Below are positions 30,631 through 42,910 of a stretch of DNA of 64,000 bases, piece after piece. The notes below the pieces were generated by a model, which did not search any database, had not been told where the DNA came from, and was given only the letters and a program-made list of their open reading frames with translations. The position numbers were made by a program, and so were the translations under genes. The first letter of the stretch is position 1; every line of letters begins with the position of its first letter. This stretch comes from an uncultured Gemmatimonadales bacterium (lineage in GTDB: Bacteria; Gemmatimonadota; Gemmatimonadetes; Longimicrobiales; Gaopeijiaceae), in NCBI GenBank assembly GCA_963809895.1, contig CAWELD010000003.1, positions 3,618,772-3,682,771 of the forward strand. Reading direction: 5' to 3'.

Positions 30631-30795
30631 GCCGCGCAAGGATCCGCTTTCCTCCAATCATCCATCGCGTGTCCGGCGGGGCGCCGGAAGGGCGGTACGC
30701 GCCCGGCACGCCTGGGGGCGTGGCGTGGCCACGCTCGTCGGACGGATTGGGCGGGCCTCATAGCGGGCCAGATGGCGTCAAAGTGCCGCCTCAGG

Positions 30796-30850
30796 GTGCC
30801 GGCAACCCAGCAACCGCGACCTACTTTTCAGGCAGATGCAGCGACGACCC
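30796..30850 (+). repeat. Dispersed repeat, copy D (partial)
   Basis: GTGCCGGCAACCCAGCAACCGCGACCT...CAGGCAGATGCAG. Confidence 0.7.
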
Positions 30851-30970
30851 GTCGGCGGACCGGCCACGGCCCCGCGCGCGCAACGCGGGCCGGCGCCGAG
30901 CCACCCTCACCGGCCTCAGGCCGAGCCACGCCCCCGCCTCTGCCGCGCCACCGGCCGCCGGCCGACGCCC

Positions 30971-33900
30971 TCACCCCCCATCCCCCACCGTGACCCGCGC
31001 GCCGAGCTGGATCTGCCACTGGGAGTCGGGGGTGGAGGCGTACCAGGGGTCGGTGGGATGCAGGCTGCCCTGGCCGTCGCGGTACGAGGCGCCGGACCAG
31101 CGGGTGAGGATCCAGGCGCGCGCGGGATCCATGGACTCGGCGCGGCCGAGCAGGTCCAGGAGCGGGGTCACGGTGCGCACGGTGTAGATGCGTCCCCAGC
31201 TCGAGTTGAGGAGGTTGAGGACGTTGACGATGTCGGCGTCGAGGCGGACGTGCGCCCGTCCGAGGTCGAATCCCTGCGCCACGCGCAGGTCCAGGCGGTT
31301 CTGCCACGGGGCGCGGCATCCGTTCCGCTCCAGGATCTTGCCGGCCCACTTCTTCAGGCAGCCGGTGCCGAGCGCCTGGGACAGGAGCGACTGGGTGGCG
31401 ACGCCGAGATTGGGGAGCTCGCTGATCTGCCGCGGCACGTAGACGAGGTCGTTGAAGCGCTCGAAGGTAGCGCCGTAGCTGGCGTAGCCGTCGCCGTTCA
31501 GGTCTCCGAGTCCGCCGTAGACGTACGAGAAGGGCAGCCCGGACTGACCGGTGTAGAGCAGCGAGACCTGGGTGTCGTCCAGAGACCGGAAGGGCGTGCC
31601 TCCGATGGACAGCACGAGCTTGTGCGGCCGGTCGAAATCGGAGCGGGCCAGGGGCAGGAAGTTGGCCAGCGTACGCGACGGCGTGAGCCCGTAGTTGGAG
31701 ATCATGTCGGTGGACACGAGGCTCATGCGGTCCCGGGCCAGGGCGTAGGTGTATCCGGCCTGGAGCGTCCCGCGCTCGCCCAGGCGCCCCTTCATCTCCA
31801 GCGTGAACGCGAAGGCCTCGTCGTCGCGGGCATTGGTGGCCAGCAGCACCTGGCCGTGGTTGGGGTCGGGACGCGCGTAGTCCCAGAGCCCGAGCTCGCT
31901 GTGCGGGGCGTAGTACCCGCGCCCGATCCCGCCGAAGCCGTCGACGGGCCCCATGTCGGTGGTGGGCGCGACGTTCAACTCCTCGAGCACCACCTGGTTG
32001 AGCGCCCGGTTGTAGAGGATTCCGATGGAGGCCGACAGGTCGTCGGTGATCTCCTGGTCCAGACCCAGCGAGAAGCGCATGTCCTGGGGATAGCGGAAGT
32101 CGGGATCGAAGACCGTGACGTTCCTCTGCTCCGTCGGCGCCAGGCCGAGCGCACAGGTCGTGGGCAGTTGGCCGGGCACGAGCTCCGGCGCGCGTCCCAC
32201 ACCCCGGCACACCTTGGTCACCGAGCGCAGGCCCGAGTTGTGGAAGGCGTCGGCCAGCCACACGAAGGGGATCTGGCCGGTGAACAATCCCAGGCCCCCG
32301 CGCACCTGCGTGCGGCGCTCGCCTCCGCTCTGCCAGTTGAAGCCGAAACGGGGCGAGATCATGACGTTGCCCGAGGGCAGCTTGTCCGTGCGGTAGCCGA
32401 AGAAGCTCTCCACGCCGGTGTCCCGGGGAGGCTCGTCCAGCACCCAGGGCACGTCGAGGCGCACCCCGATGCGCATCGTCATCCCCCGTCCCGCGCTGAT
32501 CTCGTCCTGAACGAAGGCGCCGCCCTCGAACACGGAGAAGCCGATGGACGGGTCCTGGCCCGGCACGAGCTCGGTCCACTGCACGAAGTTCGGTTCGTTG
32601 TCCCGCACCGCGTCGACGTCGGCGAACTTGTACTCGCCCAGCGCCCCGGGCAGATAGCGCTGACGGATGTGGTAGAACGCCCCGGTCACGCCGACGCTCA
32701 GGGTGTGCTGACTGCGCACCGTACTCAGCGTGTTGGTGAGCCGTGCCTGGGTCTGCGCCAGGTCGTTGTCCTGGGTGAGCAGGGGCGCGCCGGCCCGCAC
32801 GGGGCGGATGAACGACGTGCCGCCTTCGGAGCTCTGCACGTCCACCACGAGCTGGGGCGCGTCGGATACCGGCGTGGTCTCGTCGCGCGAGCGCTGCACC
32901 TCGAGGGTGAGGTCGTTGCTGCTGGAGCCGAAGGTGGACAGGAGCTGGGCCGAGAAGGTGTTGGCGAAGCCCTTCCGCAGCGCGGTGTTGGACGACAGTC
33001 CGTAGGGATTGAAGCCCAGCCGGTTGGGATCGTCGTCGTGGCTCGCCGCGGCCAGGTTGTTGCGCACCGTGAGGCGGTGCGTGGCTGACAGCCGCCAGTC
33101 CAGGCGCGCGAAGAGGTTGCTGAGCCGTTGGCGCAACGGATAGGCGCCGAAGTCTCCCGGGTTGGTGCCGGCGGTGTTGGCGAGTGCCCCGATGGCGTCC
33201 TCGACAGCGCTGGGCGCCAGGCGGATCAGGAAGGTGTCGTCCCGGCCCAGGTTGTAGCCCAGCGGCGGCCGCGTGCGCCGCTCCCACTCGCCGCTCACGA
33301 AGAAGTGGATCCGGTCGCGCACGATGGGGCCGCCCACCGAGAGCCCCAGCACGGTGCGGCTCACGCCCGAGGCGTCGGCCGTGCCCACGGGGAGCTCCAG
33401 GTCTCCGGTGAGGGACTTCTGGCGGAAGGCGCCGAAGCCTCGTACCCAGAGCTGGTTGGTGCCGCTCCGGGTGACGGCGTTGAGCGCGCCCCCGGTGAAT
33501 CCCGACAGGCGCACGTCGAAGGGCGCCACCAGTACCTCGTACTGCTGCACGGCGTCCAGCGGGAGCAGCTTGGCCCCGGCCTGGCCGGCGGGCAGTCCGC
33601 CGGCGGTGAGGCCGAAGACGTCCTTGTTCCAGAGCCCGTCGACCAGAACGGCGTTGTAGCGGTCGTTCTGTCCCAGCACCGAAAAGCCGCCGCCCTCGGT
33701 GGTCTTCACCAGCGGTGACAGCGCCGCCAGCTCCATGAGGTTCCGCGACAGGAGCGGGATGCGCTCGATCTCCTGGGGGGTGACCAGGGTGGTGGGGCCC
33801 ACGCGCCCGGGGTTGAATACCGCGCTCCGGCCCACCTGCACGTTGATCCCCTCCACGGCGATGGCCTGGGTCTGGAGCGTCAGCGACACCTGCTCCACCT

Positions 33901-34246
33901 GCCCCACCCGCAGCTCCAGGTCCTCGACCCGTCCTTCCTCGTATCCGAGGGATTCCACGGTCAGCGTGTACGGCCCCCCCGGCGGCAGCAGCAGGAAGAG
34001 GAACTCGCCCCGCGCGTTGCTGAGCGCCGTGCGCCGATCCCCCGTGGACTCCTGCACCAGCGTCGCCACCGCCCCGGACAGCGGCGAGCCGTCGCTGGAG
34101 GTGACCGAGCCCCGGATGGCAGCGGTGCCCCGGGACTGGCCCGCGGCGGGTGCCGGCGCCGCGAGGAGGGCCAGCGCCGCGACCAGAGACGTGCCGAGGA
34201 CGGCGCGCCGGCCGTGCGCCCGAGGGCGACGGGTACCGTGAGGCAT
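30971..34246 (-). CDS. Oar-type TonB-dependent receptor (paralog of 24067-27325)
   Basis: Signal peptide; GQNDRYN, APFDVRLSGFTGG, ISPRFGFNW, WQIQLGARVT. Confidence 0.9.
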   Translation of the reverse strand: MPHGTRRPRAHGRRAVLGTSLVAALALLAAPAPAAGQSRGTAAIRGSVTSSDGSPLSGAVATLVQESTGDRRTALSNARGEFLFLLLPPGGPYTLTVESLGYEEGRVEDLELRVGQVEQVSLTLQTQAIAVEGINVQVGRSAVFNPGRVGPTTLVTPQEIERIPLLSRNLMELAALSPLVKTTEGGGFSVLGQNDRYNAVLVDGLWNKDVFGLTAGGLPAGQAGAKLLPLDAVQQYEVLVAPFDVRLSGFTGGALNAVTRSGTNQLWVRGFGAFRQKSLTGDLELPVGTADASGVSRTVLGLSVGGPIVRDRIHFFVSGEWERRTRPPLGYNLGRDDTFLIRLAPSAVEDAIGALANTAGTNPGDFGAYPLRQRLSNLFARLDWRLSATHRLTVRNNLAAASHDDDPNRLGFNPYGLSSNTALRKGFANTFSAQLLSTFGSSSNDLTLEVQRSRDETTPVSDAPQLVVDVQSSEGGTSFIRPVRAGAPLLTQDNDLAQTQARLTNTLSTVRSQHTLSVGVTGAFYHIRQRYLPGALGEYKFADVDAVRDNEPNFVQWTELVPGQDPSIGFSVFEGGAFVQDEISAGRGMTMRIGVRLDVPWVLDEPPRDTGVESFFGYRTDKLPSGNVMISPRFGFNWQSGGERRTQVRGGLGLFTGQIPFVWLADAFHNSGLRSVTKVCRGVGRAPELVPGQLPTTCALGLAPTEQRNVTVFDPDFRYPQDMRFSLGLDQEITDDLSASIGILYNRALNQVVLEELNVAPTTDMGPVDGFGGIGRGYYAPHSELGLWDYARPDPNHGQVLLATNARDDEAFAFTLEMKGRLGERGTLQAGYTYALARDRMSLVSTDMISNYGLTPSRTLANFLPLARSDFDRPHKLVLSIGGTPFRSLDDTQVSLLYTGQSGLPFSYVYGGLGDLNGDGYASYGATFERFNDLVYVPRQISELPNLGVATQSLLSQALGTGCLKKWAGKILERNGCRAPWQNRLDLRVAQGFDLGRAHVRLDADIVNVLNLLNSSWGRIYTVRTVTPLLDLLGRAESMDPARAWILTRWSGASYRDGQGSLHPTDPWYASTPDSQWQIQLGARVTVGDGG

Positions 34247-34388
34247 GGAGCAGCGAGACGGCATGGGGAGACGGCCTCCGCTCGGGTTGACGGGCGCGTT
34301 GCATCATCCGGCTGTTGCCGGAGTGCAAACTACGCTACTACGTCCCATGGACGATTCCCACGGCGGAATTCTGCCGGGGGGACCGAAG

Positions 34389-37028
34389 TCAGCGGTTCGC
34401 CTCGTCCACGGCCCGCTCCATCTGCGCGACCCAATCGGGCACGACCCGGAGGTAGCGGATGGGCTCCGACGCGACGCCCCGCTTGTACAGAACGCGGCCG
34501 TCGGGCGTGAGCGCGGCGGACTGTCCCGCGGTGTCCTGGAAGTCGGGAAGCGCCAGCCACGTCGTTCTCGTGAGCCTCGGGGATCCGTCGCCGGCCTCGA
34601 TGCCGACACGGACGATCGAGACGGGATCCGTGTAGGACTCGTAGACCAGCTCGTCGGGTGAGCGCCACAGGGGCGCCTCGAGCTCTCCCGTCGCGACCTG
34701 GTAGCGTTCTCTTCCGCCCGCCACAGGAGCAAGCCAGAGGGTGTTGAGGGCCGGGTTGCAGTAGGCGAGCCAGCGCCCGTCGGGCGACATGGTGACGAAC
34801 GAGGCGTCCGTGGCGAGCGTGTCCACGGCCGTGGGCGTCGTCGACGGGTCGAGAGAGAGCCCGGTGAAGTCGTCCCAGTGACCTCCGATCAGGCGCCCGT
34901 CCGACAGCCAGGTGAACACTTCGAACGTCCCTGGTGCCGCGTAGATCAACTCTGGAGACCCCACCTGATCCGGGTTCGCTAGGAACACGGAGTCGTCCAC
35001 GCTGAATACCAGGCGGTCTCCCTGGGGGCTCCACACGGGCTGTCGGATCTTCGGGCGCCGCATCATCGTCAGATGCTCACCGCTGTCGAGATCGTAGACC
35101 CTGAGCTCCTCGCCTTCCAGGCCCGCGGCCACCGTGGCGAGCCGCCGTCCGTCGGGGCTCACGGCGAACAGGTTGAACGCCCCCCGCTCCACGTTGAGCG
35201 TGTCGTACGACACCCCGTCCGTGGCCACCAGGGCGCCGACCGCCCGGTTGGGCCCGGGTGCGTGCACCAGGGTGCCCGAGCGTGAGACGGCGTAGCTTCC
35301 GGCGCCGAAATAGGCGCTTCGATCCACGCCTGTCACCAGTCGAACCGAGCGTCCCACACGCCCTTCGGCCAGGTCCACCGGAGCCGCGAGAAGATCACCT
35401 CCCATGGAGAGGTAGACGAGATACCGTTCGTCGATGACACGGAAGTGGGAGCCGTAGACCAGCGTCGAGTCCGGTGCGTCGGTCCACAGCCACGTCGTCG
35501 CACCCGTCGTGGTATCTCGAAGCTCCATCACGGCGGCCCACTTCCGTCCCCCTCCACCGCACAAAAACCGGTCCGGATCGGGGAGATGGAAGGGCGTTAT
35601 GCAGTACTGGACCTGCTGCTCGACGGTGGGGCCACCCCCGGGGTCGATCCAGCGCATGTGATTGCCGTCTCCCTCCACCAACTGGATGCGGCCGTCGTCG
35701 AGCCACTGAACGTTGGTCGCTCCCGTGCCGTTTCCCAACGTGGTGGTCGCACCACCTTCGATGGGGACGACCTCGAGCGTCCACTTCGGGCGGTCCCGGA
35801 CGCGGAGGAAGGCCACCCGGGTGCCGTCGGGAGAGATGGCAGGCCGCTCGGCCCCATCCGTGCCGTCGATGCGTCGGTTGGTCGCGTCGCGTAGCGAACG
35901 GTACCAGAGTGCGGATCCCGTGGCCTCCTGCGCCTGGTAGACGACGAAGTCCCCACTCGGCGCGACCGCGAACCCCTGCTCACCCGTCACCGCCATGGGA
36001 GCCCCGTCGACCAGCGCGACGTCGTAGACCGTGGGCTCCGCGGTGGACGCGCCCCCGGAGCTCAGGGACCAGAGCAATCCCGCCAGCGCAAGAATCGCCA
36101 CCGCCGCAATCCCCAGAAACACCGGATCGCGGCCGCGGGAGCGTGTCGCATGGCCCGGGCCCGTCCCCGCGCCGGCATCGCCCGCGCGCCGGAAGCCGGG
36201 ATCCGCCAGCGCGTCGGAGAAGGCCTTGGCGCTCTCGAAACGGTCGGCCGGCAGCTTCTCCAGCGCCTGGGACAGGGCCGCGGTCACGTTGGGAGGCACC
36301 GACCTGCGCAGCTCGCTCACCGGACGCGCCTGGTCGGCGATGATCTTCATGATCACCGCCTGCGCCGACCCACCACTGTGCGGGGGCTCACCCGCCAGCA
36401 TCTCGTAGAGCACGCTAGCCAGCGAGTAGATGTCGCTCCGCCCGGTGATGTCCTTGTCCGCCGTCGCCTGCTCCGGGCTCATGTAGTGGGGCGTGCCGAG
36501 ACTGGTGCCGGTCTCGGTCATGCGCCCACCCGCCGCCGCGCTCACCGCCAGGGCGATGCCGAAGTCCGCCACCACGGGCCGGCCGTCGTGGAGCAGGATG
36601 TTCTCGGGCTTGATGTCGCGGTGGATGACGCCGTGGCGGTGCGCGTAGTCCAGCGCGTCGGCCACTTCGCGGGCGATGCGCACCGCCTCGTCGACCCCGA
36701 GCTGGGTCTCCCGGTCGAGCTTCTCCCGGAGCGTCTCGCCTTCGACGTACGGCATCACGTAGAAGAGGAAGCCGTCGGCGGTGCCCGAGTCGAAGAGGGG
36801 CAGGATGTGGGGATGCTGGAGTTGGGCGGTGGTGGTGATCTCCTGGACGAAGCGCTCGCCGCCCAGGACGGCCGCCAGCTCGGGCTTCAGGACCTTGATG
36901 GCCACCTGGCGCGCGTGCTTGAGATCCTCGGCCAGGTACACGGTGGCCATACCGCCGGCGCCGAGCTCGCGCTCGATGCGGTAACGGTCGGCCAGGGCGG
37001 CTCTCAGCCGCTCCGCCACGCTATTCAT
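34389..37028 (-). CDS. Hanks-type Ser/Thr kinase with TM helix and TolB/PD40-like propeller
   Basis: LGAGGMATVY, VAIK, HRDIKPEN, DFG, GTPHYMSPE; repeated SPDG motifs. Confidence 0.94.
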   Translation of the reverse strand: MNSVAERLRAALADRYRIERELGAGGMATVYLAEDLKHARQVAIKVLKPELAAVLGGERFVQEITTTAQLQHPHILPLFDSGTADGFLFYVMPYVEGETLREKLDRETQLGVDEAVRIAREVADALDYAHRHGVIHRDIKPENILLHDGRPVVADFGIALAVSAAAGGRMTETGTSLGTPHYMSPEQATADKDITGRSDIYSLASVLYEMLAGEPPHSGGSAQAVIMKIIADQARPVSELRRSVPPNVTAALSQALEKLPADRFESAKAFSDALADPGFRRAGDAGAGTGPGHATRSRGRDPVFLGIAAVAILALAGLLWSLSSGGASTAEPTVYDVALVDGAPMAVTGEQGFAVAPSGDFVVYQAQEATGSALWYRSLRDATNRRIDGTDGAERPAISPDGTRVAFLRVRDRPKWTLEVVPIEGGATTTLGNGTGATNVQWLDDGRIQLVEGDGNHMRWIDPGGGPTVEQQVQYCITPFHLPDPDRFLCGGGGRKWAAVMELRDTTTGATTWLWTDAPDSTLVYGSHFRVIDERYLVYLSMGGDLLAAPVDLAEGRVGRSVRLVTGVDRSAYFGAGSYAVSRSGTLVHAPGPNRAVGALVATDGVSYDTLNVERGAFNLFAVSPDGRRLATVAAGLEGEELRVYDLDSGEHLTMMRRPKIRQPVWSPQGDRLVFSVDDSVFLANPDQVGSPELIYAAPGTFEVFTWLSDGRLIGGHWDDFTGLSLDPSTTPTAVDTLATDASFVTMSPDGRWLAYCNPALNTLWLAPVAGGRERYQVATGELEAPLWRSPDELVYESYTDPVSIVRVGIEAGDGSPRLTRTTWLALPDFQDTAGQSAALTPDGRVLYKRGVASEPIRYLRVVPDWVAQMERAVDEANR

Positions 37029-37048
37029 GGGTGCTCATCCGCATCGGC

Positions 37049-39716
<2,668 letters not shown>

Positions 39717-39733
39717 CGGCGACAAGATGCGGC

Positions 39734-39892
39734 GTGGCCCGGGCTCAGGCCAGGAGCCGAGGGATTCCGGACGCCACCGTGAGCGAGGTGGCCTACGCCT
39801 GCGGCTTCAAGACCGTCCCCCACTTCACCCGCAAGTTCAAGGCGCGCTTCGGGACCACGCCGGCGGCGTATCGGGGGTCCTCGGGCGAATAG
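39734..39892 (+). pseudogene. AraC-family HTH C-terminal remnant (not in ORF track)
   Basis: DATVSEVAYACGFKTVPHFTRKFKARFGTTPAAYR. Confidence 0.8.
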
Positions 39893-40003
39893 GGGATCCC
39901 ATCGCATGAATATGCGAGTGTGCCACTCCAGCTTCTGGGCCATCGTGGAATCCCCGAGGCGGCTCGATCGGGCGAGCCCCGTCCGCACTGAGAGGAGACC
40001 GGC

Positions 40004-41527
40004 ATGAGGATTCCACGTTCTGCAGCCCTTGGCGTCGCTCTGTTCCTGGTGACGCTGCCACTGGTCGGGTGCGATGGTCCCGACGCTACGGGACCGGCGA
40101 TTCCGGCCCAGCCCACAACGATCGCAAGTCAGCCCGCCGAGTGCGTCCTGCCCATGTCCGACGAGGACACCCGCGCCGAGTTGGAGGCCCTGCTGGATGC
40201 GGTCGATGCGCTGGAGACTGCGGGCTCCCTCAACCACGGACAGGCGACCGCGCTTCGCCGGAAGCTGGAGAACGCACTGCGCAAGATCGACGAAGGCATG
40301 TATTGCCCCGCCGTGGCCATGCTCGATGCGTTTCGTGAGCAGGTAGGGTCGTTCATCGACGAAGGCATCCTGACGCCGGCCGAGGGAGACCCCCTCCTGG
40401 ACGGGGTAGACCAGGTTCTGGAGGGCACGCCTCCGGTGGTCGTGCAGAGCATGGTCGTGGTCGGCACGCTGAGCACCTGCGGACTGAGGGAATCCGGGCG
40501 CGCGTACTGCTGGGGTGACAACTCGAGCGGCGCGCTCGGCGACGGCACGACCACGGAGAGCCGCACTCCGGTTGCCGTCTCGGGCGGGCATCTGTTCGCA
40601 CAGATCACGGTTGGTGGAAACGCGGGCGGCGGGTTCGCGTGCGGAGTGGACCTCGAGGGCGCGGCGTATTGTTGGGGGAATAACTACAATGCGCAGCTCG
40701 GGGACGGTACGAACACGGACCGCTACGTACCGACTGCGGTCATGGGTGGCCATCGCTGGGAGAAGCTGGACGCCGCATTCAACGCGGTCTGTGGCATTGC
40801 CACCGACGGGGTCACCTATTGCTGGGGTCGGAACGTTGTCGGACAGGTCGGAGACGGCACGACCGAGGAGCGCTCGGAGCCGACTGCGGTAAGTGGTGGC
40901 CACACCTTCGTGGACATCGCGACGGGCGCCTTCGCCGCATGCGGTCTCGAAGCGAATGGGACCGCGTATTGCTGGGGCGGCAACGGGGTCGGCCAGCTCG
41001 GCGACGGTACGAACACGTCGAGCCCGGTCCCGGTCGCCGTCAGTGGAGGCCTCACATTCGCAGATCTGGCCCCCGGTGGGGGCCTGACCTGCGGTGTCGA
41101 ATCACCCGGTGGAGCGGCGTACTGCTGGGGGTTCAACTCCGTGGGCCAGCTCGGGGACGGCACCACCGACAACCAGAATGCCCCCACACCGGTTCTCGGG
41201 AGTAATTCCTTCGAGAGCATCAGCGCATCCTTTGCCTCCGGAGGGCATGTATGCGCTCTCCGCCCCGACGGGGCCGCCTACTGCTGGGGTGACAATAGCG
41301 ATGGCCAGCTCGGTGACGGGACCACGACCTTCGGCGTGGGGCCCGTCCCCGTGAGCGGCGGGCTGGCCTTCCAGTTCCTCGAAGCGGGTGCGCTGGGCAC
41401 ATGCGGGATCGCAGCGGGGCAGGCGTATTGCTGGGGCGACAACTATCACGGTCAGGTGGGGGACGGATCGTCCACCATCCGGATCCTCGCCCCCTCGCCC
41501 GTGAGCGGGTGGGCCCTGTTGCCCTGA
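40004..41527 (+). CDS. RCC1-repeat lipoprotein with helical FIMAH-like N-domain
   Basis: Lipobox LVGC; seven AYCWGxNxxGQLGDG-type repeats. Confidence 0.9.
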   Translation: MRIPRSAALGVALFLVTLPLVGCDGPDATGPAIPAQPTTIASQPAECVLPMSDEDTRAELEALLDAVDALETAGSLNHGQATALRRKLENALRKIDEGMYCPAVAMLDAFREQVGSFIDEGILTPAEGDPLLDGVDQVLEGTPPVVVQSMVVVGTLSTCGLRESGRAYCWGDNSSGALGDGTTTESRTPVAVSGGHLFAQITVGGNAGGGFACGVDLEGAAYCWGNNYNAQLGDGTNTDRYVPTAVMGGHRWEKLDAAFNAVCGIATDGVTYCWGRNVVGQVGDGTTEERSEPTAVSGGHTFVDIATGAFAACGLEANGTAYCWGGNGVGQLGDGTNTSSPVPVAVSGGLTFADLAPGGGLTCGVESPGGAAYCWGFNSVGQLGDGTTDNQNAPTPVLGSNSFESISASFASGGHVCALRPDGAAYCWGDNSDGQLGDGTTTFGVGPVPVSGGLAFQFLEAGALGTCGIAAGQAYCWGDNYHGQVGDGSSTIRILAPSPVSGWALLP

Positions 41528-41535
41528 TCACCGGT

Positions 41536-41571
41536 CGGGTCGGTCGCCGGATTCTGGCGGCGACCGACCCG
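41536..41571. terminator. Hairpin between convergent genes
   Basis: 14-bp stem CGGGTCGGTCGCCG/CGGCGACCGACCCG, 8-nt loop; no U-tract. Confidence 0.55.
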
Positions 41572-41590
41572 GCTGAGCGGCCGGCCCCCC

Positions 41591-42910
41591 TCACTCCTCC
41601 TTCTCGTTCGTCACCAGCCGGCTCATGAGCCACTGCGCCGGATCGCTCTGGGTCGCGGCCTGGCGGATGTCGCGCATGCGCGCCTGCACCAGGTAGTCGC
41701 CCAGCCCCGAACTGATCAGCGCGGCGGCCGAGCCCACGTCGTAGTAGAGGCCGACCCAGTCGTCGTCGCCGAGCTCGGTGAGCGTGGGGCCGTAGTCCGC
41801 CAGCAGTTCCACGGTCTTCTGCCGGAGCGTGTCGAGATGCGCCTGGTAGGTCTCGAGCCCCTTCGTCCTGAGCGAGTCCACGGTGGCGCGCGCATCGCCC
41901 CGGACCTCGGAGAAGGTGCGGGACGTGCTCATGCGGGCGTTCTTGCGGAAGATCACGCCGTAGCCCGGTACGTACTGCGGGTCGGCGGAGCCGCCGAAGT
42001 AGGTGGTCGAGAGCACGTACACCTCCCGATCCGAGGAGCGCGAGCTCAGCGACGCGTCGATGATCTGGCTCATGATCTTGAGCTGGGTGCGCAGACGATC
42101 GGAGGTCCCGCTCTGGCCCGTGGACACCTGGATGGCGCTGCGGTTGGCCTCCACGTTGGAGCCCTGCAGCGCATCCACCTTCGTGGTCATGGTGACCATC
42201 TGATCGTCGCCGCCCCCGAAGTCGGCGATGAAGGTGATGGACTCGCCGGGCTGTGCCCGGTGCAGGGTGCTTCCGTAGCCGGCGATCACGTCACGCAGGG
42301 CGTCGGACAGGCGGGCGCGGTACTGGTCAGCCCAGGTGCGGGCCGCTTCGGTTCGGGCATCCGAGGCCTCGTCGCCGGTGCCGCGCTCGCGCCCGGTCAT
42401 CATCACGATCCCGGCCTCCAGGTTCCGGATGGACGAGAGCGAGCTGACCGACCAGTGCACGGTGAAGAGATACCCGTAGCCCTGCATGTAGAAGCCGCCC
42501 ACGTCACCGCCGCCGCCCCACGTCACCGCGCGCCCGCCCAGACCGACGGCCAATCCGCGCCGCTGGCCCGCGCCGGTCGCGGCGCTGTCGTCTCTCAGCT
42601 CCGCCGGCAGCTCCGGCGCATCCACCTCTGAGAGCGCGGTGCGCACGATGGTTCGCATGATGCGCACGTCCTGGGGCACGCTCTGTTCCTGGGCGCCCCA
42701 CACGGCGAACCGGTCGCTCACGGCCGACACGTAGTCCACCGCGCTCGCCCGGGCGAGGACCGCCTCTCGCGCCGCGGCCGCCTCGACGGAGGTCGCCTGG
42801 GCAGAGGCCTGGCTCGGGACGCCGCACAGCACGGCCACGCCGATCCCCACGAGCCGCCACAGGCCGCGAATCCCCCGCATCTCGATCCTTGTTGTCGTCG
42901 TCATCGTCAT
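41591..42910 (-). CDS. Secreted hypothetical protein with two-fold internal repeat
   Basis: Signal peptide ending ASA; repeated IM..I...AL, GYG..F and YG.TL motifs; coupled to the anti-sigma gene. Confidence 0.7.
   Translation of the reverse strand: MTMTTTTRIEMRGIRGLWRLVGIGVAVLCGVPSQASAQATSVEAAAAREAVLARASAVDYVSAVSDRFAVWGAQEQSVPQDVRIMRTIVRTALSEVDAPELPAELRDDSAATGAGQRRGLAVGLGGRAVTWGGGGDVGGFYMQGYGYLFTVHWSVSSLSSIRNLEAGIVMMTGRERGTGDEASDARTEAARTWADQYRARLSDALRDVIAGYGSTLHRAQPGESITFIADFGGGDDQMVTMTTKVDALQGSNVEANRSAIQVSTGQSGTSDRLRTQLKIMSQIIDASLSSRSSDREVYVLSTTYFGGSADPQYVPGYGVIFRKNARMSTSRTFSEVRGDARATVDSLRTKGLETYQAHLDTLRQKTVELLADYGPTLTELGDDDWVGLYYDVGSAAALISSGLGDYLVQARMRDIRQAATQSDPAQWLMSRLVTNEKEE

Larger units (their letters stand above)
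30201..30688. repeat. 22-bp hairpin-forming direct repeat flanking a TA remnant
   Basis: GCGTGTCCGGCGGGGCGCCGGA at 30201-30222 and 30667-30688; internal stem TCCGGCG/CGCCGGA. Confidence 0.85.

Noticed and set aside
22208..30850. Integron attC cassette array
   Set aside because: No clear RYYYAAC...GTTRRRY inverted ends, internal motifs are direct rather than inverted, and no integrase is present
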